This document shows positions 39,924-40,549 of a stretch of 40,549 nt of DNA, piece after piece; within the stretch, counting starts at the first letter, position 1, and each line of letters opens with the position of its first letter. The DNA comes from Candidatus Moraniibacteriota bacterium. GTDB lineage: Bacteria > Patescibacteriota > Minisyncoccia > Moranbacterales > UBA2206. The notes under the pieces were generated by a model. That model had not been told where the DNA came from. It did no database searches and saw only the letters and a program-made list of their open reading frames with translations. The stretch spans positions 1 to 40,549 of the forward strand of contig JBAXPY010000002.1 of assembly GCA_037132035.1 (NCBI GenBank), given 5' to 3'. Both the position numbers and the translations under genes were made by a program.

Positions 39924-40508
39924 TTAATTATCTCTAAGCCAGCTATCAAAAACATCTAAAAAACCTTTGAAATTTTCCTGCTCTATCGCCCATAGCTTTT
40001 TCTCATCAAATTCCAGATAGGATTTCCCGCCCTTAACTGGAGACATGATTGCTGACATCGGATAACCAGTCGTTTTTCTTTTGGAAAACTTCTCCACCGC
40101 ATAGGAAGATTGATTGACAAGGCAAGAGCCCTTGGATAAATTTTCGGGATTAAAAAAAGCAGCAGCAAAATTCCAGATAAATTTTTTGTTCTTTTGGGGA
40201 TACTGCACATATAATTTTTTCCAAACATCAACCACCTCCCGATCAGTCAATTCTTTTTTGTTTCCACCAAATCTACGTACATACACCCCTGGTTGTTCAT
40301 TTTCTGGCAAAAAATTAGTCGTCACAGCTTCATCAATTGCCAGTGTTATTCTCCCCGACATCTTTCCGTAAGCAATCGCCTTATGTATTGCATTTTCACT
40401 GTTCGTTTCAAAAATCTCATCCACTTTTTCTGCAATTCCCAAATCCAAAAGCGACACCGCGCGAATTCCAACGATACCTTCAATTAGCCGCTTATATAGC
40501 CACCGCAA
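39924..40508 (-). CDS. HAM1/RdgB-family (ITPase-like) NTP pyrophosphatase, short N-terminus, TTG start
   Basis: VSLLDLGI...EIFETNSENAIHKA, TLAIDEAVT and QPGVYVRRFGG align with the HAM1 motifs E(T/S)G.TF.ENA..KA, ADDSGL.V and PGVYSAR (PF01725). Confidence 0.6.
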   Translation of the reverse strand: MRWLYKRLIEGIVGIRAVSLLDLGIAEKVDEIFETNSENAIHKAIAYGKMSGRITLAIDEAVTTNFLPENEQPGVYVRRFGGNKKELTDREVVDVWKKLYVQYPQKNKKFIWNFAAAFFNPENLSKGSCLVNQSSYAVEKFSKRKTTGYPMSAIMSPVKGGKSYLEFDEKKLWAIEQENFKGFLDVFDSWLRDN

Positions 40509-40549
40509 AACAAAATGTCAGATTTGATATTTGAATTTTCGCTTAGCGG

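Overview
AT-rich bacterial window with two strand blocks. Gene content and style suggest a reduced-genome, Patescibacteria/CPR-like organism: compact translation operons, TM-anchored envelope enzymes, a giant repeat protein and GC-rich intergenic hairpins. This placement is inference only.

The left edge (1-1489, minus) holds the 5' part of a membrane-anchored SBBP beta-propeller surface protein.

Positions 1.6-7.1 kb (plus) hold an orphan promoter/terminator-bounded unit, then rpsF-ssb-rpsR, efp, smpB, tmRNA (ssrA) and infC-rpmI-rplT. A small GC-rich minus-strand ORF lies between the first two.

Positions 7.1-40.5 kb form one long minus-strand array dominated by cell-envelope functions:
- HAD phosphatase, PolB-type exonuclease-like protein and a C39-like peptidase
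- L,D-transpeptidase, clan GH-A glycosidase and a DMT permease
- lgt, two MurF-like ligases flanking ddl plus an aminotransferase, and an alpha/beta hydrolase
- secreted proteins and lipoproteins, a CPHC thioredoxin-like lipoprotein with a CPVC membrane partner, and RRM, Nudix-like and HAM1-like proteins

The centrepiece is a 12.5-kb ORF (14571-27113) encoding a 4180-aa protein. It is phage-tail-fibre-like and carries 229-aa tandem repeats, three blocks of five FG-GAP/VCBS repeats and an internal peptidase-S74 chaperone domain. It is bracketed by two paralogous membrane-anchored genes with a GH73/lysozyme-like motif. This three-gene module is the best candidate for an undescribed system.

No rRNA, tRNA, CRISPR array, transposase or integrase was seen. 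All calls come from reading the sequence and ORF translations by eye. No database search was run.
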